NCBI GenBank assembly: GCA_964584105.1
Contig: CAZOYR010000003.1
Coordinates: forward strand, 13,463 to 77,462
DNA: 64,000 bases
From: an uncultured Alteromonas sp.
Lineage (GTDB): Bacteria; Pseudomonadota; Gammaproteobacteria; Enterobacterales; Alteromonadaceae
Direction: 5' to 3'
In this document: piece by piece, positions 49,919 to 59,116 of the stretch
How the letters are laid out: the number at the start of each line of letters is the position of its first letter
Position numbering within the stretch: position 1 is the stretch's first letter
The notes under the pieces: generated by a model
Seen by the model: the letters and a program-made list of their open reading frames with translations, nothing else
Database searches by the model: none
Told to the model about the DNA's origin: nothing
Program-made: the position numbers and the translations under genes

Positions 49919-50105
49919 ATTTTCGCGGGAACTTAAAATTAAACATTAAAAATCAAAAGCTTGAGCTCTACCGAGCGCTAATTTCGACCCGATTCAGAGC
50001 ACGTCATGGTGCTTTTTCATGCACGTTGACTGAAACATTGTATTTTTAGACTACAGTATACGATTGGCCGACGATTATTTTCTGGCAAGTTGCGGCGTCA
50101 AATCG

Positions 50106-51059
50106 TTACTTTTCATCAAGCAATCGCCGCTGACGCAACAGAACATCTTCACGCACCGGGAAGTAGCCATCTCTTGATACCTGCTGCTGGCCTTGCCGGG
50201 ACAAGACAAAGCGCAGAAACTCTCGCTCCAGCACCGGCAGTGGTTTACCGGGCGCCTTATTAATCACCAGATACAAGAAACGGGCAAACGGATACGTCTC
50301 GTTGCGTACCGTATCGCTGGTGAGCGGGATAAGATGTGCTTTATCCGTACCTATGGGCAGCGCACGCACGCCAGCCGTTTTGTAACCGTAGGCAGCATAG
50401 CCCATACCATTTCGGCTGGTTGCAACTGACAGCACCACAGAGGCCGACCCGGGCTGCTCATTCACCGTGGCGCGAAAGTCACCATCGCACAGCGCCATCA
50501 CTTTAAACAGCCCATAGGTGCCTGACACAGAATTACGGCCAAACAGCCGGATGGGGGAATTGCTGATGCCGGTATCCACACCTAATTGATGCCAGTGGGT
50601 GATGGGCTCAGGGCCGCCGCAAAAGCGCGTGTGAGAGAAAATGGCATCGACCTCCTGCAGCGTAACCCCGTCAATCGGATTACGTCGTTCTACAAAAATC
50701 GCAATCGCATCCATCGCGACCCGCAGGACTGTAGGTGGGTAGCCGTGTTCACGGGTGAACTCACGGATTTCGCTGGGCTTTAATGCCCGGCTCATCGGCC
50801 CGATTGTCGCCGTACCTTCGGTCAGCGCAGGCGGCGCTGTGGAAGAGCCGGATGCCTGAATCTGAAATTTAACCTGTGGATACAGTGTTTTGAACTCCTG
50901 CGACCAGAATGTCATCAGGTTAGCCAGGGTGTCAGAGCCGACAGACGTGATCTTCCCCGCCACGCCCGGTTGTCGCGTATATTCAGGCACGTCCCGGGGC
51001 TCAGCGAGAAGCGCCCCCGACACGACAAAACACAACAACGCAGTAATTATTTTAAGCAT
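50106..51059 (-). CDS. pstS: Phosphate-binding periplasmic protein, PstS family
   Basis: SVGSDTL, GSSTAPPAL, MSR, GRNSVSGTYG, EQPGSASVV; coupled to the phoR stop. No pstCAB in this window. Confidence 0.9.
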   Translation of the reverse strand: MLKIITALLCFVVSGALLAEPRDVPEYTRQPGVAGKITSVGSDTLANLMTFWSQEFKTLYPQVKFQIQASGSSTAPPALTEGTATIGPMSRALKPSEIREFTREHGYPPTVLRVAMDAIAIFVERRNPIDGVTLQEVDAIFSHTRFCGGPEPITHWHQLGVDTGISNSPIRLFGRNSVSGTYGLFKVMALCDGDFRATVNEQPGSASVVLSVATSRNGMGYAAYGYKTAGVRALPIGTDKAHLIPLTSDTVRNETYPFARFLYLVINKAPGKPLPVLEREFLRFVLSRQGQQQVSRDGYFPVREDVLLRQRRLLDEK

Positions 51060-52357
51060 TATGTTCCTGCAATTAATTCCTGGCTGAGTAAAAATGAAAA
51101 TTCGCTCCCCTGCCCGACAGTACTGGCAATTTCCAGCCGGGAGTTATGATGGGTCAGTACATGCTTAACGATCGACAACCCCAGACCGGAGCCGCCTGTT
51201 TTACGGGACCGGGCCTTATCCACCCGATAAAACCGTTCGGTCAGACGCGCCAGATGATTTTGCTCAATGCCGTCGCCATTATCAACTACGGTAAATCGGG
51301 CCCCGTCGCTGACGGCTTTCCAGTAAACATCTATCTGTCCGCCGGCAGGTGTGTAATGCACAGCGTTAAAAACCAGGTTGGAACAGGCGCTGCGAAGTTC
51401 CGTCTCTACCCCGAAGACTTTCAGCGTATCTTCAATATGAAAGGTAATCGTATGGTGTTTGTCTTTATTTAGTGCCTGCGCTTCGGCTTCCATCTGACGG
51501 AACATTGCCGGCATATCAACGATGTTCTCGTAGATACGCTCAGAGCTTGCCTCGATGCGGGATAGCACCAGCAAATCTTCGACCAGATTCTGCATGCGCT
51601 GGGTTTGCGCTGACATTTCGTTAATGGCTTTTGCCTGAAACGGGTCGACCTGCTCATCAGCTGGCAATAATTCAAGATAGCCATGCAATACAGTCAGTGG
51701 TGTGCGCAATTCATGGGATACATTAGCCACAAAGTCTTTACGCATTTCCTCCAACTGAGACACCCGCGTAATATCCCGGGCAATCAGCAGCAGGTGCGCT
51801 TCACCATAAGGCATTATGCGGTATTCGAATGTTTTGCCCGGGTTCGTCGGTGCAGGCACTTCGATAGGATGATCAAAATCGCCGGCATGAAAATAAGCGA
51901 TAAAGTCAGGGTGCCGGATAAGGTTATCCAGACGCCGCCCGGCATCAGCCGGCCACTTTAATCCTAAATCAAGACGGGCCAGACGGTTACACCAAATAAT
52001 ATTCGCCTTAGCATCGACTACTACCGCAGCATCGGGAAGTGCTTCTGAGCCCTCACGAAAACGCTTTACCAGCTCGCCCAGCTCTTTGCGTTTATTACGA
52101 TTACGCCGCTGCAGATAATAGATACCTTCATAAATATGTTCCCACACACCCTTTACAGTAGGTGGCGACATTTTGCGGCTATGCCACAGCCAGCGATTCA
52201 GTTTAAGCAGTTGCCAGTAATTGATGGTAAGCAAGACCAGCGCGCCCAGCGTTATTGCCAGCAACATATCATCCAGGTACCACCCCACTGCAGCAAACAC
52301 CAGCAAATAACCGCCTAATCGCAGCAGGCTTTTTAACCAGGAAAAAGGATAGTACAT
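51059..52357 (-). CDS. phoR: Phosphate regulon sensor kinase PhoR
   Basis: N-terminal TMs, PAS, [47 protein letters not shown]. Confidence 0.97.
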   Translation of the reverse strand: [432 protein letters not shown]

Positions 52358-52395
52358 AGTTAACGCATTGAACCTTGGTTGGGGAGATGAGCATT

Positions 52396-52423
52396 AAAAG
52401 GCACAGTGTAGAGAACTGTGCCT
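52396..52423 (-). terminator. Hairpin with short U-tract between phoB and phoR (partial terminator or stabiliser)
   Basis: AGGCACAGT-gtagaga-ACTGTGCCT, followed on the minus strand by a short U-run. Confidence 0.6.
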
Positions 52424-52433
52424 GTAAGGAAAG

Positions 52434-53120
52434 TTATTTTGTGGAAAAGCGATACCCCGCTCCACGCACGGTCTGAATCATAGCATCGTGACTGTGTTTG
52501 GCGATCGCTTTACGCAGACGACGTATGTGGACATCGACGGTACGATCTTCAACGTACACATTTGTTCCCCAAACATTGTCCAGCAACTGCTCACGGGAAT
52601 AAACCCGCTCCGGATGTGTCATGAAAAAGTGCAGCAATTTAAATTCGGTGGGGCCCATATCTACTGCTTCATCATTGGCCGACACTCGATGTGAAGTGGG
52701 TTCCAGTTTCAAACCGTTAAATTCGATGGGCTCTTCTTTAGAAGTAGGCGTTACCCGTCGCATTACTGCTTTAATGCGCGCCACCAGCTCTTTAGGCGAA
52801 AACGGCTTGGTAATATAGTCATCGGCTCCTGCATCCAGCCCGCGAATTTTGTCGTCTTCCTCGCCGCGTGCGGTTAACATAATGACCGGGATATCACGGG
52901 TAAACTCGTGTTGCTTCAGATGTTTTGCCAGCTGAACCCCACTGCCCCCGGGCAGCATCCAGTCCAGCAAAATCAGATCCGGATACGGCTCACAGATTTT
53001 TTCCTGTGCAATATCATAGTCTTCCGCTTCTACGGTATTAAACCCTGACTGCTCCAGTACAAACTTTAACATTTCGCGAATTGGCGCTTCGTCCTCAACC
53101 AATAAGACTGTCCGAGACAT
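52434..53120 (-). CDS. phoB: Phosphate regulon response regulator PhoB
   Basis: [60 protein letters not shown]. Start set at ATG 53120; 53138 is the alternative. Confidence 0.98.
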   Translation of the reverse strand: MSRTVLLVEDEAPIREMLKFVLEQSGFNTVEAEDYDIAQEKICEPYPDLILLDWMLPGGSGVQLAKHLKQHEFTRDIPVIMLTARGEEDDKIRGLDAGADDYITKPFSPKELVARIKAVMRRVTPTSKEEPIEFNGLKLEPTSHRVSANDEAVDMGPTEFKLLHFFMTHPERVYSREQLLDNVWGTNVYVEDRTVDVHIRRLRKAIAKHSHDAMIQTVRGAGYRFSTK

Positions 53121-53152
53121 AGACTGTTTCCTGCTCATTTTTAAACGCCGCC

Positions 53153-53206
53153 ATTATTCATTGAATCTGTGACAGTTTTATTAAATGGGTTACAGTTATA
53201 TGTCAA
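53153..53206 (-). promoter_or_regulatory. Tandem Pho boxes in the phoB promoter (autoregulation)
   Basis: Minus strand TTGACAT-ATAA-CTGTAAC, cc, ATTTAAT-AAAA-CTGTCAC, 10 nt, AATAAT. Confidence 0.8.
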
Positions 53207-53313
53207 GTTTTTGACCAAACCATTGCAAAGCGGGCTTTACATTATTCTGCTTGTTTAAACACCGATTTGTGCATATTCTTGGGCAATGAGGATGTACATC
53301 AGGGTAAGGATAT

Positions 53314-55050
53314 GTGGTTCACATGACCCCAGTAAAAACCGGCTTGTCGAAAAAATTACTGACGCGTGTGCTGTCGGTATATTTTATCCTGACATTCATT
53401 GTGACTGTGGGCCAGATTTTCACTGAGTATTTCAGCACTAAGCAGAATATTGAAAGCGAACTGCAAACCCTCAAAAATACCTTTTCCACCAGTCTGACCC
53501 GTGCGATATGGGAGCTCAATACACCGCAGGCACTGACTATTGCTCGCGGGCTGATGGAACTGCCTATTGTTGAAGGCGTTCAAATCCGTGATGAAACCGG
53601 CGAGTACATTGCGAATCTGGGAAACACGGCCGACCAGCCCCGCCAGCCCATCAATAGTGGCATCATGCAGGACCACCCCGGCGGTGTGTTTGGTTACAGC
53701 TTTCCGCTTATCTTTGAGTTTTCCGGCCGCGCGTCCCACGTCGGCGACGTCACGCTGTATTCCAGTTTTGATATTATTTACAGCCGTATTGAAATCGGCA
53801 TCTTCTTTTTAATTGGTAATGCCATCGTTAAAACCGCGTTTCTGGTTTTTCTTTTTATGACCGCCTTCCGCCGCCTGTTGTCAGAGCCTTTGGCCAGTAT
53901 TACCGAACAAATGAGCGCCTTTGACCCGGAACACCCTAAAGATTCCAAAATCTCCGTTTTTGTCGAAGATGATAACGAGTTACGCCAGCTACAGTTTTCT
54001 TACAATCAGGTCATTGATGACTTGATTGCCTCACAAAATAAATTGCGCGGTACGCAAATGAAGCTGGAACGTAGCTACCAGCAAATTGATGAACAAAATC
54101 TGTTGCTGGAGCAGGAAGTTGCCAAGAAGACAGCCTCTTTATCGCAAATCATGCTGGATCTTGAACAGCAAAAAGATGAGCTGATTGGTAACCAGCGTGA
54201 GTTACGTGCTGAGATTGAAAATCGCCAGCGCGTTGAAAATGAGTTAAGAAAACGAAACACCGAACTGGCCAACTCCATGGATACGCTGAATCAGGCCAAA
54301 GATCAGCTGCTGGAGTCTGAGCGAATGGCTACTTTGGGTGGTCTTGTGGCCGGGATCACCCACGACGTGAATACCCCTATCGGGGTAAGTGTAACGGCGG
54401 CCAGCTTTCTTGAAGACAGGCTGACTAAACTGCAGAAACAGTTTGAAGATAAAACCCTGACTGCAGGTCAGATGGAGAGCTTTCTGGATGAGTCCCACCA
54501 GACAACCTCGTTATTAATGAAGAACCTGCAGCGCGCTTGCGAGCTAATCGAGTCGTTCAAGCAGATATCGGTTGACCAGACCAGCGATGCTGAACGCAAG
54601 TTCAATCTGGGTGAATATATCGATGAGGTCATGCAGTCACTGAAACCCAGCTTCAAACATACTACGCATAAATTCAATATTGAGTGCCCGGATGACCTGG
54701 TCATTCGCTGCGCGCCCGGCGTTATCGCTCAAATCATTACAAACATGGTAATGAACTCGCTGATTCACGGTTTCGACGGCCTTCATAATGGTCGGGTTTC
54801 ACTTACCGTGAGCGTTGACGGCGACGACGTCATTATGGATTACAAGGATAACGGCAAGGGGCTCACCGCAGAGCAGTTAGATAAACTTTTTGATGCCTTC
54901 TTTACCACCCGGCGCAGCGAGGGTGGCAGCGGTCTGGGCACACACATCATGTATAATCTGGTGACACAGGCACTAAACGGTACGATCACCCCCACCAGCG
55001 CCCCCGGTAAGGGGCTGAGCTATCATATCCGCTTCCCGCTGCGTCGTTAG
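53314..55050 (+). CDS. Orphan membrane sensor histidine kinase
   Basis: Two TMs, HAMP-like region, long coiled coil, SERMATLGGLVAGITHDVNTP H-box, NMVMNS, DNGKG, FFTT, GGSGLG. No adjacent co-transcribed regulator. Confidence 0.92.
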   Translation: MVHMTPVKTGLSKKLLTRVLSVYFILTFIVTVGQIFTEYFSTKQNIESELQTLKNTFSTSLTRAIWELNTPQALTIARGLMELPIVEGVQIRDETGEYIANLGNTADQPRQPINSGIMQDHPGGVFGYSFPLIFEFSGRASHVGDVTLYSSFDIIYSRIEIGIFFLIGNAIVKTAFLVFLFMTAFRRLLSEPLASITEQMSAFDPEHPKDSKISVFVEDDNELRQLQFSYNQVIDDLIASQNKLRGTQMKLERSYQQIDEQNLLLEQEVAKKTASLSQIMLDLEQQKDELIGNQRELRAEIENRQRVENELRKRNTELANSMDTLNQAKDQLLESERMATLGGLVAGITHDVNTPIGVSVTAASFLEDRLTKLQKQFEDKTLTAGQMESFLDESHQTTSLLMKNLQRACELIESFKQISVDQTSDAERKFNLGEYIDEVMQSLKPSFKHTTHKFNIECPDDLVIRCAPGVIAQIITNMVMNSLIHGFDGLHNGRVSLTVSVDGDDVIMDYKDNGKGLTAEQLDKLFDAFFTTRRSEGGSGLGTHIMYNLVTQALNGTITPTSAPGKGLSYHIRFPLRR

Positions 55051-55133
55051 TAAATTTACGCCGAAAGGCCGTTGCGCGAAGGGTGTCCGATTGGTACGCT
55101 TGCCGCCCGTAATTTTGAAAGTAGCGTGTGGCA

Positions 55134-56039
55134 ATGTGGTTTAAAAATATAAAAGCCTATCAAATAACCCAACCTTTATCGTTGGACGACGATGACCTGC
55201 AGAATGCGTTAAGTGAATTCACATTCCGGCCATGTGGCAGTCAGGATCTGGCGACCAGCGGATTTGTTTCTCCTTTCGCTCAGGTGGGTCAGGAAACTAT
55301 GATGTTCCATAAAGTACAGGAACGTTACTGGATCACCATCAAAAAGCAGGAGCGCATTCTGCCCTCTACGGTTGTCAATGCTGAGCTGGCTGAAAAGGTC
55401 GCCAAAATTGAAGCCGAGACGGGCTCTCCTGTCGGCAAGAAAGCACAAAGCGATCTAAAGCAGGAAATCATCACTCAACTGATGCCTCGCGCGTTTACCA
55501 AAAACAGCTATACCCATGGGTTTATCTCGCTGCCTGACAATCTTGTTGTTGTTGACAGCTCATCAGATGGTAAAGCCGAAGGGTTTCTGGCCATGGTCCG
55601 AAAGGCCATCACATCGTTGCCCGTTGTGCCGCTGGCGCGCCGTAGCCTGCAATCGGAGCTTACTCACTGGCTGACAGATGGTGCACCGGATAATATTGAG
55701 CTGCTTGAAGAGGCTGAACTCAAATCCACCGATGATTTGGAAAGTGTAATCCGCTGTAAGAATCAGCCCCTGGACAGTGAGGAGATCCAACTGCATCTGG
55801 ATTCTGGCAAGCTGGTTCAGAAAATCGGCTTTGCGTGGCAGGATACGCTGACTGCGCTTATCGCCGAAGATGGTTCTTTTAAGCGCATCAAATTTACCGA
55901 CCGCATGAAAGAAGAGATGGACGATATTCCAAAAGATCAGGCATCGGCCCGTCTTGACGCTGAATTTACGCTAATGTCCTCTGAACTTTGTGTGTTTCTG
56001 GATGATATGCGCAAAACGCTGCAACTGGTTGAAGACTGA
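55134..56039 (+). CDS. rdgC: Recombination-associated protein RdgC
   Basis: MWFKN start, ERILP-VV, LMPRAF, SLPVVP, RLDAEFTLM. Confidence 0.94.
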   Translation: MWFKNIKAYQITQPLSLDDDDLQNALSEFTFRPCGSQDLATSGFVSPFAQVGQETMMFHKVQERYWITIKKQERILPSTVVNAELAEKVAKIEAETGSPVGKKAQSDLKQEIITQLMPRAFTKNSYTHGFISLPDNLVVVDSSSDGKAEGFLAMVRKAITSLPVVPLARRSLQSELTHWLTDGAPDNIELLEEAELKSTDDLESVIRCKNQPLDSEEIQLHLDSGKLVQKIGFAWQDTLTALIAEDGSFKRIKFTDRMKEEMDDIPKDQASARLDAEFTLMSSELCVFLDDMRKTLQLVED

Positions 56040-56070
56040 TGCACCCTTAGTGTGACTTTCATGTTCGAAC

Positions 56071-56098
56071 AAGCCGGGCTTTATAGCCCGGCTTTTTT
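56071..56098 (+). terminator. Intrinsic terminator after rdgC
   Basis: AAGCCGGGCT-ttat-AGCCCGGCTT-ttttt. Confidence 0.88.
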
Positions 56099-56110
56099 AT
56101 AGCGGGTTGC

Positions 56111-56665
56111 TCAGGGGTAACAGATGATATCGATAAACGTGGTCTCACCGGTTGCATCCCGATAACCGTGGGGAGCATCTGCCTGCAGAATAAATTGCTC
56201 ATTAGCTTTCACGGTATGCCAGGTATCTTGGTGAAAAACAGCCAGCTCCCCACGTAACACATGTATATGCTCAGTCACGCCGGGGGCATGTGCTGAAGAG
56301 CGCTGCTCATGATGGTTGATCAGCGTTATTTCAAAGGTTTCCATCCCGGTGACCGGATTAAACTTAAATAAGGTTGTCACCTGCATATCAGGATCATGCG
56401 TAAATGCCGCCTGCCGTTGCTGACTAAGCACATAGGCATCGCTGGTTTGTGAGCTAATAAACGACGAAAATGAGGCATCCAACCCTGTCGCGATTTTCCA
56501 CAGCGTCGCAATGGTCGGGCTCGATTCCTCCCGCTCAATCTGGCCAAGCATGGCTTTAGATACGCCGGTAGCCTGCGCGGTTTTATCCAGAGACCACCCT
56601 TTCTGCTTGCGTCTGAATTTCAACTGGGCTGCAATTTGCTGCGTGATTTGTGCTGACTCTTTCAC
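56111..56665 (-). CDS. sutR: XRE-family HTH plus cupin transcriptional regulator (SutR/YdcN-like)
   Basis: WSLDKTA..TGVSKAMLGQIEREESSPTIATLWKIATG, cupin H..GV-EH..AD-PHGY. GTG start at 56665 after GAGG. Confidence 0.85.
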   Translation of the reverse strand: MKESAQITQQIAAQLKFRRKQKGWSLDKTAQATGVSKAMLGQIEREESSPTIATLWKIATGLDASFSSFISSQTSDAYVLSQQRQAAFTHDPDMQVTTLFKFNPVTGMETFEITLINHHEQRSSAHAPGVTEHIHVLRGELAVFHQDTWHTVKANEQFILQADAPHGYRDATGETTFIDIICYP

Positions 56666-56675
56666 GTCAATCCTC

Positions 56676-56728
56676 TTGTGCGCTATAACGCACAATGCTA
56701 TCTTTAACTGTGCGCTTTAACGCACAGT
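56676..56728. promoter_or_regulatory. Two palindromic operators in the divergent sutR/benE intergenic region
   Basis: TGTGCG-ctataa-CGCACA (56677-56694) and TGTGCG-ctttaa-CGCACA (56709-56726); 17/18 identical, 32 bp apart. Confidence 0.82.
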
Positions 56729-56762
56729 GTACCAGCCCGATTCGTAACGTAAAGGAGCCCTC

Positions 56763-57962
56763 GTGTTCAAGTCTCTCAGTGTCAGTCATGTTGCCGCCGG
56801 ATTGACCGCGGTTGTCGTGGGTTACAGCAGCGCAGTAGTTCTGGTCATTGAAGCGGCTCGTGCAGCCGGGGCTTCAGCTGGCATGGTCGTTAGCTGGCTC
56901 TTTGCATTAGGCATCGGGATGGGCCTGAGCTGTATTGTATTTTCCCTGCGCTACAAAATTCCGGTCGTCACCGCCTGGTCTACGCCGGGTGCGGCCTTTC
57001 TGCTCAGTGCAGCGGCGGCATTTCCGCTAAGTGAAGTCATCGGTGCCTTTGTTATTGCTGGCGTCTGCGGGTTAATCTGCGCACAGAGTCGCGCGCTGAC
57101 CCGTCTAATTACCGCCATTCCCACCAATATCGCCTCCGCGCTGCTGGCGGGGATCGTGTTACCGATTTGTCTGAATATCTTTATTGATGTGAGCGAAGCA
57201 CCTCTTGCTACAGCGATATTTGTTGCTACCTATATCATTGCAGGGCATATAATCCCGCGTTACCTGATGCTTCTCTTGCTGCTTCTGGGCGTAGGTTACA
57301 GTATCTGGTTGGGCGATTTGACCGCGCTGAACTGGCAAGTCAGCGTTGCCAACCCGGTCTGGGTCACGCCTGAATTTTCTATCGCGTCGGCAATTAGCCT
57401 TGGTCTGCCGTTATTTCTGATCACCATGCTGTCGCAGAATGTGCCTGGCATGGCAATTTTAAAAAGTTATGATTTTAAACCCGACCATAAAACCGTGCTT
57501 AGCGGTCTGGCGGCTTTACAAATTTTGCTGGGTCCCCTGGGTGGCTTTGCCTTTAATTACGCCGCCATCACAGCGGCTATTTGTATGGGTGAAGACGCCG
57601 GGCACAAGCGTGAACACCGGTATCTGGCAGCGGTCGTTGCCGGTTGCGCCTATATAGGCTTAGGTTTAGCGGCAGGCCTGGTGGTCACGCTGTTTACACA
57701 TATGCCCGGGGTTGTCATTCATTTGCTGGCAGGGCTTGCCCTGCTGGGCACGCTTCAAAGCGCACTGTTTAACAGCATGATACAGGAGCAATATCGAACA
57801 GCTGCATTGATGACGCTGGTGTGCACGGCCTCAGGCATGAGTCTGTTCAAACTGGGCGCACCGGTGTGGGGGCTGGGACTGGGCTTACTGATGATTTTAT
57901 TGGAGCGCACTCGCTACAAAAAGGCTCTTTCTGCAGCGAATACGCAGAATAGTGATCAGTAA
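56763..57962 (+). CDS. benE: BenE/YdcO-family membrane transporter
   Basis: AWSTPGAA, PLFLITM-SQN-PG, AAITAAIC, LAGLAL; divergent from an XRE regulator as with E. coli ydcN/ydcO. Confidence 0.88.
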   Translation: MFKSLSVSHVAAGLTAVVVGYSSAVVLVIEAARAAGASAGMVVSWLFALGIGMGLSCIVFSLRYKIPVVTAWSTPGAAFLLSAAAAFPLSEVIGAFVIAGVCGLICAQSRALTRLITAIPTNIASALLAGIVLPICLNIFIDVSEAPLATAIFVATYIIAGHIIPRYLMLLLLLLGVGYSIWLGDLTALNWQVSVANPVWVTPEFSIASAISLGLPLFLITMLSQNVPGMAILKSYDFKPDHKTVLSGLAALQILLGPLGGFAFNYAAITAAICMGEDAGHKREHRYLAAVVAGCAYIGLGLAAGLVVTLFTHMPGVVIHLLAGLALLGTLQSALFNSMIQEQYRTAALMTLVCTASGMSLFKLGAPVWGLGLGLLMILLERTRYKKALSAANTQNSDQ

Positions 57963-57976
57963 CAACTAATCACTAA

Positions 57977-58813
57977 TCAGGCAAAGATTTGTCGCGCGTT
58001 ATTCCGTAATTCGGCAAACTCCTCGGTTTCTACATCTTCAATGCCGCCCAGCGCACCCCGTTCAATAGCGCGTTTGAGCACCACCGCTTTTTTGTCGCCC
58101 ATTCTTCCGGCCAGGGCTGCACCAACGCGGACAAAGTCGAGATAGCCGAGGGTTTTAGGCACCATAGAAATATCCCGCCAATGTTCGGCGGAGTTAACAA
58201 ACGTAGTCCCGAAGCCCCATTCACGCATGATACTGCCTCCGATAGGGCCAGAGACTTTTTGAATTGCCTCATCCAGGAACGTTGGATTGGCGAACACATC
58301 TTCGTTGCGCTCAGCCTCAGTAAGAATGGGTAATACACCGATGTTGTGGACCAATGCAGTCAGTGTCATGGTGTCCACACTGATTTCACGCTTATTAGAC
58401 TTATTGGCATAAGTTTGTAACGCTGCCAGGGCGTTGGCCACTACCTCAATGGTATCTGCCCACTCTTTACGAAGGTATTCACCGACCAGCGTATTTTTTG
58501 ATACAAACAGCTGCTCCATAGCAAGCGCTGTTGCGATATTCTTAATTTGTTGCAAGCCAATACGGGTAACCGCCTGGCTGACCGAATTCACCTTCACCGT
58601 GCGCCCCAGATAAGCACTGTTGGCAATCTTAATAATCCGTGCTGTCAGTGACGGGTCCTTACTGATCACATCACCCATTTTTCCCAGGTTCACATCGGGA
58701 TCATCCGCAGTGCGTCTCACCTGTAAGGCAATAGCAGGAAGCGTGGGTAATACCAGCGTGTCGTTATTTATTTTATCTACAAGGATGGAAAGTAGTGCAT
58801 TTTCTGTAGACAT
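57977..58813 (-). CDS. HDOD domain protein
   Basis: LPTLPAIAL, DPSLTARIIKIANS, AVTRIG, LVHNIG. Confidence 0.92.
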   Translation of the reverse strand: MSTENALLSILVDKINNDTLVLPTLPAIALQVRRTADDPDVNLGKMGDVISKDPSLTARIIKIANSAYLGRTVKVNSVSQAVTRIGLQQIKNIATALAMEQLFVSKNTLVGEYLRKEWADTIEVVANALAALQTYANKSNKREISVDTMTLTALVHNIGVLPILTEAERNEDVFANPTFLDEAIQKVSGPIGGSIMREWGFGTTFVNSAEHWRDISMVPKTLGYLDFVRVGAALAGRMGDKKAVVLKRAIERGALGGIEDVETEEFAELRNNARQIFA

Positions 58814-59116
58814 AGGTTGTCCTTCTACGGCAAGAGAATCATTTTTATTTGAATGGGGAGGACAAAGGCCGCTTTATTTTTCAATAGCTTCAACATGGCA
58901 TCAGCACATCCCTGCTGATTAACTATATCAGCCAATTTACCATTGCGCACGTGTGTCAAAACAGTCCAGCGTATCGGATACTATAGCGTTGCTGTTAAGG
59001 AATGGTTATGCTTGGTTCACAGGGTTGGATAGCACAATCAACCGTACTACAGACCTGGGGTTTTGAACGCCCGATAATAATAATGACCCGCTAACAAAAT
59101 AATTGATAAGAGAACT

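Noticed and set aside
49928-49957. GGAACTT...TCAAA as a sigmaE promoter
   Set aside because: The spacer is 18 nt rather than about 16, in a very A-rich stretch.
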